From assembly GCA_043825735.1 (NCBI GenBank), contig JBDRRP010000017.1, positions 1-54,565 on the forward strand: 54,565 nt of DNA, in the 5' to 3' direction. Numbering within the stretch: position 1 is the first letter of the stretch; the number at the start of each line of letters is the position of its first letter. Shown piece after piece: positions 9,820-19,125 of this stretch. The position numbers and the translations under genes are program-made. The stretch is from Pseudomonadota bacterium (GTDB taxonomy: Bacteria > Desulfobacterota > Desulfobacteria > Desulfobacterales > JBDRRP01). The notes below the pieces were generated by a model that saw only the letters and a list, made by a program, of their open reading frames with translations, did no database searches and was not told where the DNA came from.

Positions 9820-9928
9820 AATCCAATTGGAATTCACCGGAAAAGAAAAACTGGAAAAAATTTTACTGGTAGAGGATGAACCGGCAGTCAGAATGGTGAC
9901 ATCCTTGATGCTTCAGCGTTTGGGATGA
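9820..9928 (+). pseudogene. Remnant of a hybrid-kinase receiver domain
   Basis: EFTGKEKLEKILLVEDEPAVRMVTSLMLQRLG* is the beta1-alpha1 of a REC domain, with no proper start and an early stop. Confidence 0.7.
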
Positions 9929-10039
9929 ACGCGCTTGAATCCGCCTTGATTCACTTAATGCAACCGTCTTGCGTATCAGGATGATTTCCCTCCAGTCATT
10001 GCCGTATGGGATTCGCAGCCGAAGTTTCGGGGCTCTCGT

Positions 10040-10747
10040 CTAAGCATCCCGGACATTCCCGTCGTCGTTGTAAATATCAAATTCGGGGTAAATTGTCTTT
10101 GCACAATCCTGGCAAATGCTGTGGCTGAACTCGGCTTCCGAAGCGCTGCGACACATGGCGTCGGCGCCCACTTCCCGCCAGAGATGATCGTCGAATCGAA
10201 ACGGGGCGCCGCCGACGATGATTTTGACGTCTCGCCCAGCGAGCCGCGCCCTCAGTTGTTTGACCTTCAGCGCCGATTGAAGGATCAGGACGGAAACCAG
10301 CAGAATCTGGATGTTGTCTGTTGCCACCCGATCGATCAGAGGGTCGATTTCCATGGTGCCGTAGTCCAACAGGTCGAACCCGCTTGCCCGCAACATCGAA
10401 TACACGATGACCTTCCCCAGTTTGTGATGATCCGAGAGCACGCAGATCGCCATCCTGGGCTGGTTTTTTCTGGCAGGATCGGCCGGGGGAAGGATCTCGT
10501 CGACCAGGTCTTCGCAAATGCGCCCGGCCATGTAGACCTGCGACAACGCGACGTCGCCGGTCTGCCACTGGGCACCGATGCGCTCCAGTGCCCCGATGAC
10601 AACAGTTTCGACAAAATCGATGGGACTGACCCGGCTGAGTTCTTCATCGACGATGCGTCTGGCCGACAGGCGGTCTATAGACAACAGCGCGCTGACAAAC
10701 TGATCGCTGCGATCGTTCATGGAATTTATCCTCTCGATATTTGACAT
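10040..10747 (-). CDS. Cobalamin-binding (corrinoid) domain protein with a foreign C-terminal tail; probable deletion chimera
   Basis: Cap domain (IGAQWQTGDVALSQVYMAG), DHHKLG (DxHxxG), IIVGGAPF, VGADA, then an abrupt SEAEFSHSICQDCAKTIYPEF tail. Confidence 0.85.
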   Translation of the reverse strand: MSNIERINSMNDRSDQFVSALLSIDRLSARRIVDEELSRVSPIDFVETVVIGALERIGAQWQTGDVALSQVYMAGRICEDLVDEILPPADPARKNQPRMAICVLSDHHKLGKVIVYSMLRASGFDLLDYGTMEIDPLIDRVATDNIQILLVSVLILQSALKVKQLRARLAGRDVKIIVGGAPFRFDDHLWREVGADAMCRSASEAEFSHSICQDCAKTIYPEFDIYNDDGNVRDA

Positions 10748-11082
10748 CCGTCCACCGATCGCGTTTTTATCCCTGACATTGAGCCGTTTGACATACAAAC
10801 AGCCTGCGGCACATCTCTGAGATGTGGGCATCGCCGCGTGCTTCAGGCGTTATTTATATAATTTCTTATTGTTACAACGGAATATATAAACATCAAAACC
10901 CGCTTTTGACCTTGAAAACGATACCATTTTCGATCCGGCCGGTATAGAGCAATTGAGGATGGAAGACTGGCGGCTGGGTTCAGCGCCCAGCGACCGAACC
11001 GGTGGTGGCATCGGCCATATGGTTGGATCTCGTCGAAGAGCGCCGGCTCGGGCAAACCGCCGCTGCTTCATTTCGCAAGTTA

Positions 11083-11118
11083 TCTCCGCGCTCTCTGCGT
11101 CCGCTATGGTGATTTCAG
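11083..11118 (-). repeat. Solo arm of the 9-bp-periodic element seen at 277-312
   Basis: Reverse complement CTGAAATCACCATAGCGGACGCAGAGAGCGCGGAGA versus CTGAAATCACCACAGAGGACGCAGAGCGCGCAGAGA: 32 of 36 identical. Confidence 0.85.
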
Positions 11119-11490
11119 ATATTTTAATGAAAAAAGCCTGAAATGTGAATTGCCTCACATACAAAAAATACAAAATCGCGATAAAGTAACGCCGGCTTTT
11201 ACTATGGTCACAAAACACCGACCTTGAAGTGCTGGTGGCAGACCGCCGCATGGCGACAGATAGAACGGCTCATGCCTTGACCGATGGCTCGGGATTTATG
11301 TATATAATAAAAAAATTATATACAGCCGTTTCTTTTGGCGGTGCGATGCCAAACACGAAAACCGAAGCAAACGGGGGAAAGCAAGTCCTGAGCCCTATCC
11401 CCTGAATCATCGGCCTGCGGCATAACCTTCAGCCGCCGGGTGGCCAATCAACCGAGTCCGCAACAGTTACCAAAACAGGAGGCCCTGACA

Positions 11491-12921
11491 ATGCCTACCC
11501 CCCTGAGGCGCGCAGCGATCGCCGGCTTGGCCATTGTGTTTTCGCTGGCGGCCGTTGCATTCGCGACGCCGGCCATGGCCGAAGAAGCCGCCGTACCCAC
11601 CGGCTACAAAGTGAAAAATCAGGAAGCGGTACAAAAACTGAGCCAGATGAGCCGGGACGAGGTCGACGCCCTGGATGCCAGGATCAGCGAAGCGCTTACC
11701 CGCTATTACGACCAGAAATACGCGGCGGCCCTGCCGATTTTTCAGGATGTCGCCAAAAAAGTCGAAACCATGGACATCATGTTCTGGATCGGCACCAGCG
11801 CAGCACGCAGCGATAAACTGGAGCTCGCCCGGGAACAATATCAAAAAATGCTGCAGATCGATCCCTCTCTTGACCGGGTGCGGCTGGAACTGGCGACGGT
11901 CTATTTTGCCATGGGGGAAGTCGAGGCCGCTCGCAAAGAACTGGCAACGGTAAAGGCCGGCAATCCACCAGCCCAGGTTCTGGCCAGCATTGCAAAACTG
12001 GAAACCGCCATGGACGAGAGTTCCCGTAAGTATGCCTGGAACGTCCAGGCCACAGCGGGCTGGATCTGGGACGACAACATCACCGCCGGACCGGATCCGG
12101 GGGTCTACACCCTGCCCGGCGGCTCGACCTTTACGCCGGCACCGAGTTCCTCCAAGATACGCGACGATGGTTTCCTGGCCACTGCAACCGGCAACGTTCT
12201 CTACGATGCCGGTGCGCGGGGGGGCTTCATGTGGAACACCGGCGCCAACGTCTACAGCAAAACCTATAAGAGTTACGGCGAGTACGACTATCTGGCGGCG
12301 AACCTGTATACAGGACCGTGGTGGGCCCGCCGCGACGGCATCGTCAAAGTCCCGTTCAACTTCACCAACACCTACTACGGCAGCGACCGGCTTTCGTATC
12401 TGATGAGTGTGGATCCCAGCTACGAGCATTTCTTCTCGCGCATGTTCAGTCTGCGGGCGGCTTACATGTACAAGGATGAACGTTTTTACCAAGAAAGCGT
12501 GGCGGCCAACCTGGATAATATTTCCAACATCGTGGAACTGGCCCCGACCTTCTATTTTCAAAACCGGAGCCATATCCTGACCGGCCGGATAGGCTATGAC
12601 CACCACATGGCCAAAAACCACGTTTACGCTTATTACGCCCCATACGCAGCCTTGAGTTACTTCACCCGTTTTTCGACCCAGACCGAGCTTTACCTGGCCT
12701 ACCAGTGGACCCAAAGGGATTATGCCGGAGTTCAGCCGTTCCCTTACAACGGCCTGATGCGCCACGACAAGCGTAACTACTACACGGCATCCGTGAGTCA
12801 ACCCTTTATGAAGCACTTTTACGCATCCTACGCGTTTGCCTATACCGACAACCAGTCAAACCTGGAATTGTATACCTGGGATAAAACGACTCATACCATC
12901 AGCGTGGGATGCAAGTTCTGA
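11491..12921 (+). CDS. TPR + outer-membrane beta-barrel, Slam/DUF560-like
   Basis: RBS AGGAGG, signal peptide ending AMA-E, TPR helices (DPSLDRVRLELATVYF, PPAQV), WDDNITAGP at the barrel start, aromatic amphipathic strands, terminal F. Confidence 0.8.
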   Translation: MPTPLRRAAIAGLAIVFSLAAVAFATPAMAEEAAVPTGYKVKNQEAVQKLSQMSRDEVDALDARISEALTRYYDQKYAAALPIFQDVAKKVETMDIMFWIGTSAARSDKLELAREQYQKMLQIDPSLDRVRLELATVYFAMGEVEAARKELATVKAGNPPAQVLASIAKLETAMDESSRKYAWNVQATAGWIWDDNITAGPDPGVYTLPGGSTFTPAPSSSKIRDDGFLATATGNVLYDAGARGGFMWNTGANVYSKTYKSYGEYDYLAANLYTGPWWARRDGIVKVPFNFTNTYYGSDRLSYLMSVDPSYEHFFSRMFSLRAAYMYKDERFYQESVAANLDNISNIVELAPTFYFQNRSHILTGRIGYDHHMAKNHVYAYYAPYAALSYFTRFSTQTELYLAYQWTQRDYAGVQPFPYNGLMRHDKRNYYTASVSQPFMKHFYASYAFAYTDNQSNLELYTWDKTTHTISVGCKF

Positions 12922-12941
12922 TGGTAAGCGGGAGGTGTCTC

Positions 12942-14675
12942 ATGAGAACAATCGATAAAGTATCCACGATCGTCAGCTGCATGGCCCTGGCGCTTGCAAT
13001 CATTTGCGGTCCGCCGTCTGCTGCGGCAGCAACTGCCAGAGGCCAGGGGGTGACCGACGCCCAGCTGCCGGAGGAGTTGCGCGCGATCACCGTGCAACGC
13101 CAGTTTATCCCCGGCCAGGGCGTTCCGATCGGCATGGTGCAAAACATGCGCGGTCACCTGATCGTTCGCCGCGGCAATGACCGGCAAGCCTTCTTTGCCG
13201 CCGAGGGAGACGATCTGTACGCCCATGACGATCTGTTCACGCTGGAAGAAAGCCGCGTCCGCGTCCGCTTTTCCAGTGCTGACATCGTCAATATGGGCGC
13301 CGATTCACGCATCCGAGTCGACGAGCTGGTGGATGACCGGCAAAATGGCGAAAAAAAGACCCGGCTGAGCATGCTGCGCGGCAAGGCGATGTTCTATGTC
13401 ATGCGGCTGTTGAAGTACAACAAGGTGGATACCGAGGTACATACCCCCACCGCGGTTTGCGGCGTCAGGGGCACCAAGTTCGGCGTCATCGTTCAAAAGA
13501 AAACCGGTCTGCTGTCCTCCAGGCGCGGCCCCATATATCTGGCCGCTGCGCCGGGAATGCCCTTGAACTTACTGCTGGCCGACAACGGCGCCGGTGGCGG
13601 CACGGAAACCATCATGATCATGGAAGAAGGCAGCGGGTTCATGACGGCCGGCGGTACCACCGCGGGTTTGGAGTCCGGGCAGACGGGTACCGCCGGGCCC
13701 ACCGGTCCCCCCGCCACAGGTCCCACAGACCCAAACCTGAGCCAGGCGTTGAACAATGAAACGGACCCCGGCGTTGGTGGCGGCAGCGGTAGTGGTGGCG
13801 GTGGCGGCGACAACGGCGAAGGTACTAGTGGCACGAGTACGACCGGTGACGCGGGAGACGACTCGGCCGACACGGCCAGCACCATCACCCAGCAAGGACT
13901 GACAAATGCCAGCCCCACCCATAAAATCGGCTATTTTGCCGCCATGCTCACCCGAAACGAATACGGAACGCCATTACCGGATAACGTGTTCATCAGCACT
14001 GATCGACAGGACTACGAGGGCCCCGACATTTTGGGCACGGCCATTACCGGGGGTGGCGATATTGTTTTTAACGGCCGCCCGGGTGAGGCGCCGACAGCTT
14101 CAAGGGTGGTGGCCAATTGGGGTGTACCGGTCACCAACCTGGGGCCCCAGCACCAGGTCCAGGCGACGCGAATCGGCCACAATCAGTTCTTGGAATGGGG
14201 GTATTGGATCATGCCCGCCGCGATGACGAGCGGCTCCGCAATCTATGTCATCGACAATCCGGGAGTCTATGTCCACGGCGATCCCACCCCCTCTGAAAAC
14301 CTGGCCGGCATCTTCGGTCACTATACCGGAACCGCCTGGGGTACTCTGTGGAACGACTCCGGCGGAAGCAAGTTGACCGGAACCATGACCGCCGATGTGG
14401 CCATGGGGGGGCCGGTGCTGAAAAATCTTGGCGTCAGCGCGACGAATGGGACAAATACGGTCACCGTTCATCAAACCAGCGATATTTATATCTACCCACC
14501 GGGCGGGTTCAATCTTGACTCCAGAAACGCCGACTTTAAGATAGATGGCAATTATGCCAATGGCCGGGCGATCGGCGGCTTTTACGGACCCAACGGCGAG
14601 GCGCTCGGCGGCAGCGCCGCCATGTCCTACGGGAGCGGAAACCATGCCGTCCTCGGCTTCGAAGGCAAACGGTAA
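12942..14675 (+). CDS. Exported FecR-domain protein with Gly/Ser/Thr-rich linker and C-terminal TbpB-like barrel
   Basis: FecR motifs (DDLFTLEESRVRVRF, VHTPTAVCGVRGTKF), GGGSGSGGGGG linker, C-terminal GGFYGPNGEALGG...GFEGKR. RBS GGAGG. Confidence 0.8.
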   Translation: MRTIDKVSTIVSCMALALAIICGPPSAAAATARGQGVTDAQLPEELRAITVQRQFIPGQGVPIGMVQNMRGHLIVRRGNDRQAFFAAEGDDLYAHDDLFTLEESRVRVRFSSADIVNMGADSRIRVDELVDDRQNGEKKTRLSMLRGKAMFYVMRLLKYNKVDTEVHTPTAVCGVRGTKFGVIVQKKTGLLSSRRGPIYLAAAPGMPLNLLLADNGAGGGTETIMIMEEGSGFMTAGGTTAGLESGQTGTAGPTGPPATGPTDPNLSQALNNETDPGVGGGSGSGGGGGDNGEGTSGTSTTGDAGDDSADTASTITQQGLTNASPTHKIGYFAAMLTRNEYGTPLPDNVFISTDRQDYEGPDILGTAITGGGDIVFNGRPGEAPTASRVVANWGVPVTNLGPQHQVQATRIGHNQFLEWGYWIMPAAMTSGSAIYVIDNPGVYVHGDPTPSENLAGIFGHYTGTAWGTLWNDSGGSKLTGTMTADVAMGGPVLKNLGVSATNGTNTVTVHQTSDIYIYPPGGFNLDSRNADFKIDGNYANGRAIGGFYGPNGEALGGSAAMSYGSGNHAVLGFEGKR

Positions 14676-14705
14676 CAACGGCCTCCCGCACACGCAGGCA
14701 AACAG

Positions 14706-14737
14706 AGGGTGCCGGCAGTCCGCCGGTGCCCTTTTTT
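14706..14737 (+). terminator. Rho-independent terminator
   Basis: AGGGTGCCGGC-AGTCC-GCCGGTGCCCT (with G-U pairs) followed by a T-tract. Confidence 0.7.
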
Positions 14738-14807
14738 CTCAATCGCACTTCAGGACTTTTTGACAGGTGGCCCGAAACTTCCATTTCGGTATAAGGAGCG
14801 GATAAAC

Positions 14808-16877
14808 GTGTCAGCCCCTGTCCAAAGAGAAAAAGCCCTGCCGTTATGGGTAGCGCTGACACTGATCGCCGGCATCGCCATTCTTGTGTACGCCCAGGTT
14901 TACCGATTCGACTTTGTCTATTACGACGACGATGAATACGTTTTTCGCAATCCCCAGGTCATCAGCGGCCTGACCCCGGAGAGCGTTTCGTGGGCCTTGA
15001 CCGCCCTGGTGTCCAAGCACTGGCACCCGCTCACCTGGCTCTCGCACATGCTGGACGTGGAACTGTTCGGCCTCAACCCGGCCGGGCACCACCTGGTGAA
15101 CCTGCTGCTGCATCTTTCAACCGCATTGCTGCTCTTCGGATTCCTGGTGCGCACCACCGGTGAGCGCGTCCCGGCCCTGCTTGTCGCGCTGGTGTGGACG
15201 GTCCATCCCCTGCACGTGGAGAACGTCGCATGGGTGGCGGACCGCAAGGATCTGCTATGCGCGCTGTTCTGGATGACCGCCCTGAACGCGTACGCCGCAT
15301 ACGTAAAAAGCCCGGGCGGTTTGCGCTATGCAGTTGTCCTGCTGGCCTTTTGCCTGTCTCTCCTTGCCAAATCAATGGCGGTAACCCTGCCGCTGGTGCT
15401 GTTGCTGCTCGACTTCTGGCCGCTGCAGCGGCACGAGGCAGCCCATCCCGGGCAAGCCGTCGGCGCCGGCAGCCGTGCCGCGCGTTCCGGATTGGGCTGG
15501 CTAGTTTTTGAAAAAATCCCCCTTTTCGCGATCTCGGCAGCCGTCGGTCTTGTCACCCTGCACGCCCTTAAAGCGCAGCACGTTTACTCCCCGCTGCTGC
15601 TGCCGAGCACTGCGCCGCTGGTTCAGGGAATGACCGCTTTCTCAGTCTATCTCGCCGGTCTGGTTTACCCGGTGGGGCTGATCACCCCGTATCCTGTCAG
15701 CGCCCAGATCACCTACTGGAAACCGGCCCTTTCAGGAGCCCTCGTGCTTTTGGCTACCGTGGGGGTGCTCCATCGGTCCCGCCAGCACCCCTATCTGGCG
15801 CTTGGCTGGGGCTGGTATCTGGTTACACTGCTGCCCGTGGCCGGTTTCTATGGGCCGCTCAGGGTGGCCGACCGGTATGCGTATATCCCGCTGATCGGGA
15901 TCTATATCCTGCTGTTCTGGAGCGGTGCCGCCGCCTACCGGCGATGGCCCCGCGTAAAAACGCCGCTCCTTTTCACCGCAAGCGTCCTGGTCGGCATGCT
16001 GGCGGTTATCGCCCACCAGCAGACCGCTCACTGGAAAAACACCCTGACACTGTTTCAGCACACCCTGGATGTCAACCCCTCCAGTTCCATTGCGCGCAGT
16101 AACATGGGTATCTATTTGCATGAGCACGGTCGCATCGACGACGCCATCCGTTTTCACCAGGAAGCGGCAGCCCTGGCGCCGCACAAGCCGGAATACCACT
16201 ACAACCTCGGGCTTGCCCATCTTTATAAACAGGATTTCGCGAAGGCACTTTCGAGTTTTACCCGCACCACCGGCCTGCGGCCGGGATATGTCGCCGCCAT
16301 GAGCAACCAGGGCCTTTGCCTGCTGCAATTGGGAAAAATGGAGCAGGCCCGTCAGGTATTCGAACAGGTTCTGACCATTGACCCGGACGATATTTATGCC
16401 AACAACCACCTGGGCCGCTATTACTTCCTGCAGGGAAATTTGAGCGCGGCCGAGGCGCATTTGCGCAAAGTGCTGTCGGTCCAGCCTGACCGCGCCGACG
16501 CTCTGGGCAACCTGGCCGGCACGCTGGCTGCCGGCGGTGATTACACTTCGGCAGAGCGCTTTTATCGGGAGGCAATCCGGATCGCCCCCCAGGCGCCGGG
16601 GTACTATTTCGGCCTGGCGCGCCTTCTGACCGTCCGGAAAAGCTACAAGGAAGCCGCCGACCTGCGGCAAAAGGGCCTGGACAGGGATCCTCACAACGCC
16701 GAGCAGCATTATTTTCTGGCGGTGGATTACTACTTTGCCGGGGATTTTGTCAGTGCCGGAAAGCACTTGCAGTCGGCCAAAGCGATGAGTTACCCGGGAG
16801 TGGAAAACCTGTTTGATCAAGAACTGACCAGAGCCCTGAACACCGAACCGCCCCAGAAACGGGGCAACTGCCGCTAA
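14808..16877 (+). CDS. TMTC-like GT-C membrane glycosyltransferase with C-terminal TPRs
   Basis: YYDDDEYV, WHPLTWLSHMLD, HPLHVENVAWVADRKD, AKSMAVTLP, ADRYAYIP, WKNTLTLF, then multiple TPRs. GTG at 14808 with AAGGAG RBS. Confidence 0.88.
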   Translation: MSAPVQREKALPLWVALTLIAGIAILVYAQVYRFDFVYYDDDEYVFRNPQVISGLTPESVSWALTALVSKHWHPLTWLSHMLDVELFGLNPAGHHLVNLLLHLSTALLLFGFLVRTTGERVPALLVALVWTVHPLHVENVAWVADRKDLLCALFWMTALNAYAAYVKSPGGLRYAVVLLAFCLSLLAKSMAVTLPLVLLLLDFWPLQRHEAAHPGQAVGAGSRAARSGLGWLVFEKIPLFAISAAVGLVTLHALKAQHVYSPLLLPSTAPLVQGMTAFSVYLAGLVYPVGLITPYPVSAQITYWKPALSGALVLLATVGVLHRSRQHPYLALGWGWYLVTLLPVAGFYGPLRVADRYAYIPLIGIYILLFWSGAAAYRRWPRVKTPLLFTASVLVGMLAVIAHQQTAHWKNTLTLFQHTLDVNPSSSIARSNMGIYLHEHGRIDDAIRFHQEAAALAPHKPEYHYNLGLAHLYKQDFAKALSSFTRTTGLRPGYVAAMSNQGLCLLQLGKMEQARQVFEQVLTIDPDDIYANNHLGRYYFLQGNLSAAEAHLRKVLSVQPDRADALGNLAGTLAAGGDYTSAERFYREAIRIAPQAPGYYFGLARLLTVRKSYKEAADLRQKGLDRDPHNAEQHYFLAVDYYFAGDFVSAGKHLQSAKAMSYPGVENLFDQELTRALNTEPPQKRGNCR

Positions 16878-16897
16878 AGCCCTGAACGGATTGTTCC

Positions 16898-19120
16898 ATG
16901 CCGTCACCATCAGTGTCGATCATCATACCGGTCCATAACGGCGGCCCGTCTTTTGTCCGCTGCCTTACGGCCGTTTTGCAAAACCGGCCGCCACCGGAAG
17001 AGATCATCGTTGCGGCCAACGGCTGCCGGGACCGCAGCATCGCGGCGGCCCGCCTGGCCGGTGCGGCAATCGTTGATTTTCCCGCGGCGATCGGACCGGC
17101 CGCGGCCCGCAACGCAGCGGCCCGCCGTGCGGCCGGCGACATTCTCTTCTTCGTGGACGCCGATGTGGCACTCCACCCGGACGCGCTGGAAAAGGTCCGG
17201 AATTGTTTCGGGAAAGATCCGGATCTGGCGGCCTGCTTTGGCTCTTATGACGACCGGCCGCCGGAAAAGAATTTCTTTTCGCAGTATAAAAATCTGTTCC
17301 ACCATTTCACCCACCAGCACGCCCGTACCGATGCTGCGACCTTCTGGGCCGGCTGCGGGGCCGTCCGGCGGAAGGTGTTTTTAACGGTGGGCGGTTTTGA
17401 TGAAGCTTACGTCCGGCCGTGTATCGAAGATATCGAGCTGGGCTACCGGCTGCGCGCCGGCGGGTTCAGGATTCGACTGGAAAAAACCCTCCTGGCAACA
17501 CACCTGAAACACTGGACCCTGGCAAGCATTCTGCGCGCCGACATCTTCGACCGGGCGCTTCCCTGGGCTCGCCTGATTTTTCAATCGCGCAAGTTGTTTG
17601 ATGATCTCAATACAAGAAAACGCTATCGCTATAGCGTTCTGCTGGCGACCCTGCTGGCCGGCCTGCTGCCCATGGGGCTGCTCACCGGCATAGCCTTATG
17701 GCCTGCGCTCTGTGCGGCCATACTATTGATTGTGCTGAACATGGACTGGTATCAATTTGCCTTGCAACACAAAGGCTGGCGCTGGTTAATTCCGGCCATC
17801 GCCTGGCACTGGGTATATTATCTGTACTGCGGTGCCGCCTTCGCCTACGCTGCCATCGAACACTTTTTACGGGGTTATCAACTTTTAATGCGGCAGGATT
17901 CAAAAATATCACGCATGAATACTGAGATTAGAGACAGCGAGGACCGGAGGAAGACCGTTGCGCCCCAACAGGTCGCCAAGCTAAAACTGCCGTTGAGGAT
18001 CCTGCGCATCCGGGTGATCGACTGGGCCCTGCTGAACAACCTTGCCGGTGCCCTGGAGATTGACCGGGCCACTGCAAAACACATCGATCGACTGGACCAC
18101 ATCGTCTACTCCCCGGCCCGGCACAAGCTGTCTGCAACCCGGGTACGCAGCAATTTCACCATTTACCCGACAACATCGGCGACAAAACTCCATTTTTTCA
18201 AGGACGCTTACCAACTGGCCTGCCGGCTCCACCGCCAGCACCGGTACCACCTGATCTACGCCGATGACCCCATGTGGTCGGGGCTGGTGGGATATCTGCT
18301 CAAACGCCGCTTCGGGCTGCCACTGCTAATCAAGTGTCACTCAGACTATTACAGCAGTCCTGCCTGGCGCCGGGAGTCACCGAGGTATCATCTGGATTAT
18401 CTGTTTTCTATCTGGATGATCCGCAGAGCCGACTGGCTCAAGGCGGTCAGCCGCAGGGTGGCCACGGATCTGGTTTGTCTGGGAGGCAACCCGGAGAGAA
18501 TGACCATTTTGACGACCCCGATGATGACCGGGCTTTTTCGCCCCGGCGCGGCGTGTCCGGATCGCTTGTGCGGGAACAAGATTTTGTTCGTCGGCCGCCT
18601 GGAAAGGTCAAAGGGGCTTCCGTTGCTGCTGCACGCGGTAGCGCGGATGAAGCGAGCCGGCGTTTCCGCCTCGCTGACCATCGCCGGAGAAGGCTCCCAG
18701 CGCGCCCACCTGGAAAAGCTGATCCGGCGCCTGAAACTGACGGCGGCGGTCGCGTTGATCGGTTTTCAGGCCCACCGCGAGCTACCGGCGGTGTATCGGC
18801 GGCACAGCCTGCTGGTGCTTCCCGCGCTCTACGAAGCGTTCGGGCGGGTCATCGTGGAAGCCGGTTTGTGCGGACTCCCCACCGTGGCAACGCGGGTCGG
18901 CGGAATCCCGGAATTGATCGCCGACGGCAGAACCGGCCTGCTTGTCCGGCCCGGAGACGTCCAGGCGCTGTCAGCAGCAATCGGTATGCTGTTGGCAAAT
19001 CCGGCACTGGCGATGAGAATGGGCAGTCTGGCCGAAAAGCGTTTCCGCGAACGATTTTGTTTTCCCGACATCCTGGCAAAGCAACTGAAAATGCTCTCAA
19101 CGGCAGCCGGCCAAAAATGA
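16898..19120 (+). CDS. Fused GT2 + TM segment + GT4 glycosyltransferase
   Basis: SIIIPVHN, FFVDAD, IEDIELGYRL (GT2); membrane helices; FVGRLERSKG, EAFGRVIVEA, VGGIPE (GT4). Confidence 0.88.
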   Translation: MPSPSVSIIIPVHNGGPSFVRCLTAVLQNRPPPEEIIVAANGCRDRSIAAARLAGAAIVDFPAAIGPAAARNAAARRAAGDILFFVDADVALHPDALEKVRNCFGKDPDLAACFGSYDDRPPEKNFFSQYKNLFHHFTHQHARTDAATFWAGCGAVRRKVFLTVGGFDEAYVRPCIEDIELGYRLRAGGFRIRLEKTLLATHLKHWTLASILRADIFDRALPWARLIFQSRKLFDDLNTRKRYRYSVLLATLLAGLLPMGLLTGIALWPALCAAILLIVLNMDWYQFALQHKGWRWLIPAIAWHWVYYLYCGAAFAYAAIEHFLRGYQLLMRQDSKISRMNTEIRDSEDRRKTVAPQQVAKLKLPLRILRIRVIDWALLNNLAGALEIDRATAKHIDRLDHIVYSPARHKLSATRVRSNFTIYPTTSATKLHFFKDAYQLACRLHRQHRYHLIYADDPMWSGLVGYLLKRRFGLPLLIKCHSDYYSSPAWRRESPRYHLDYLFSIWMIRRADWLKAVSRRVATDLVCLGGNPERMTILTTPMMTGLFRPGAACPDRLCGNKILFVGRLERSKGLPLLLHAVARMKRAGVSASLTIAGEGSQRAHLEKLIRRLKLTAAVALIGFQAHRELPAVYRRHSLLVLPALYEAFGRVIVEAGLCGLPTVATRVGGIPELIADGRTGLLVRPGDVQALSAAIGMLLANPALAMRMGSLAEKRFRERFCFPDILAKQLKMLSTAAGQK

Positions 19121-19125
19121 GAATA

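Noticed and set aside
9926..9928. TGA in the receiver fragment as selenocysteine
   Set aside because: Not a Cys position, no downstream homology and no hairpin.
10750..11440. Cobalamin riboswitch near the B12-binding or outer-membrane barrel genes
   Set aside because: No convincing B12-box or conserved core seen; not computationally excluded.
14760..14795. TTGACA...TATAAG as a sigma70 promoter
   Set aside because: The 24-nt spacer is too long.
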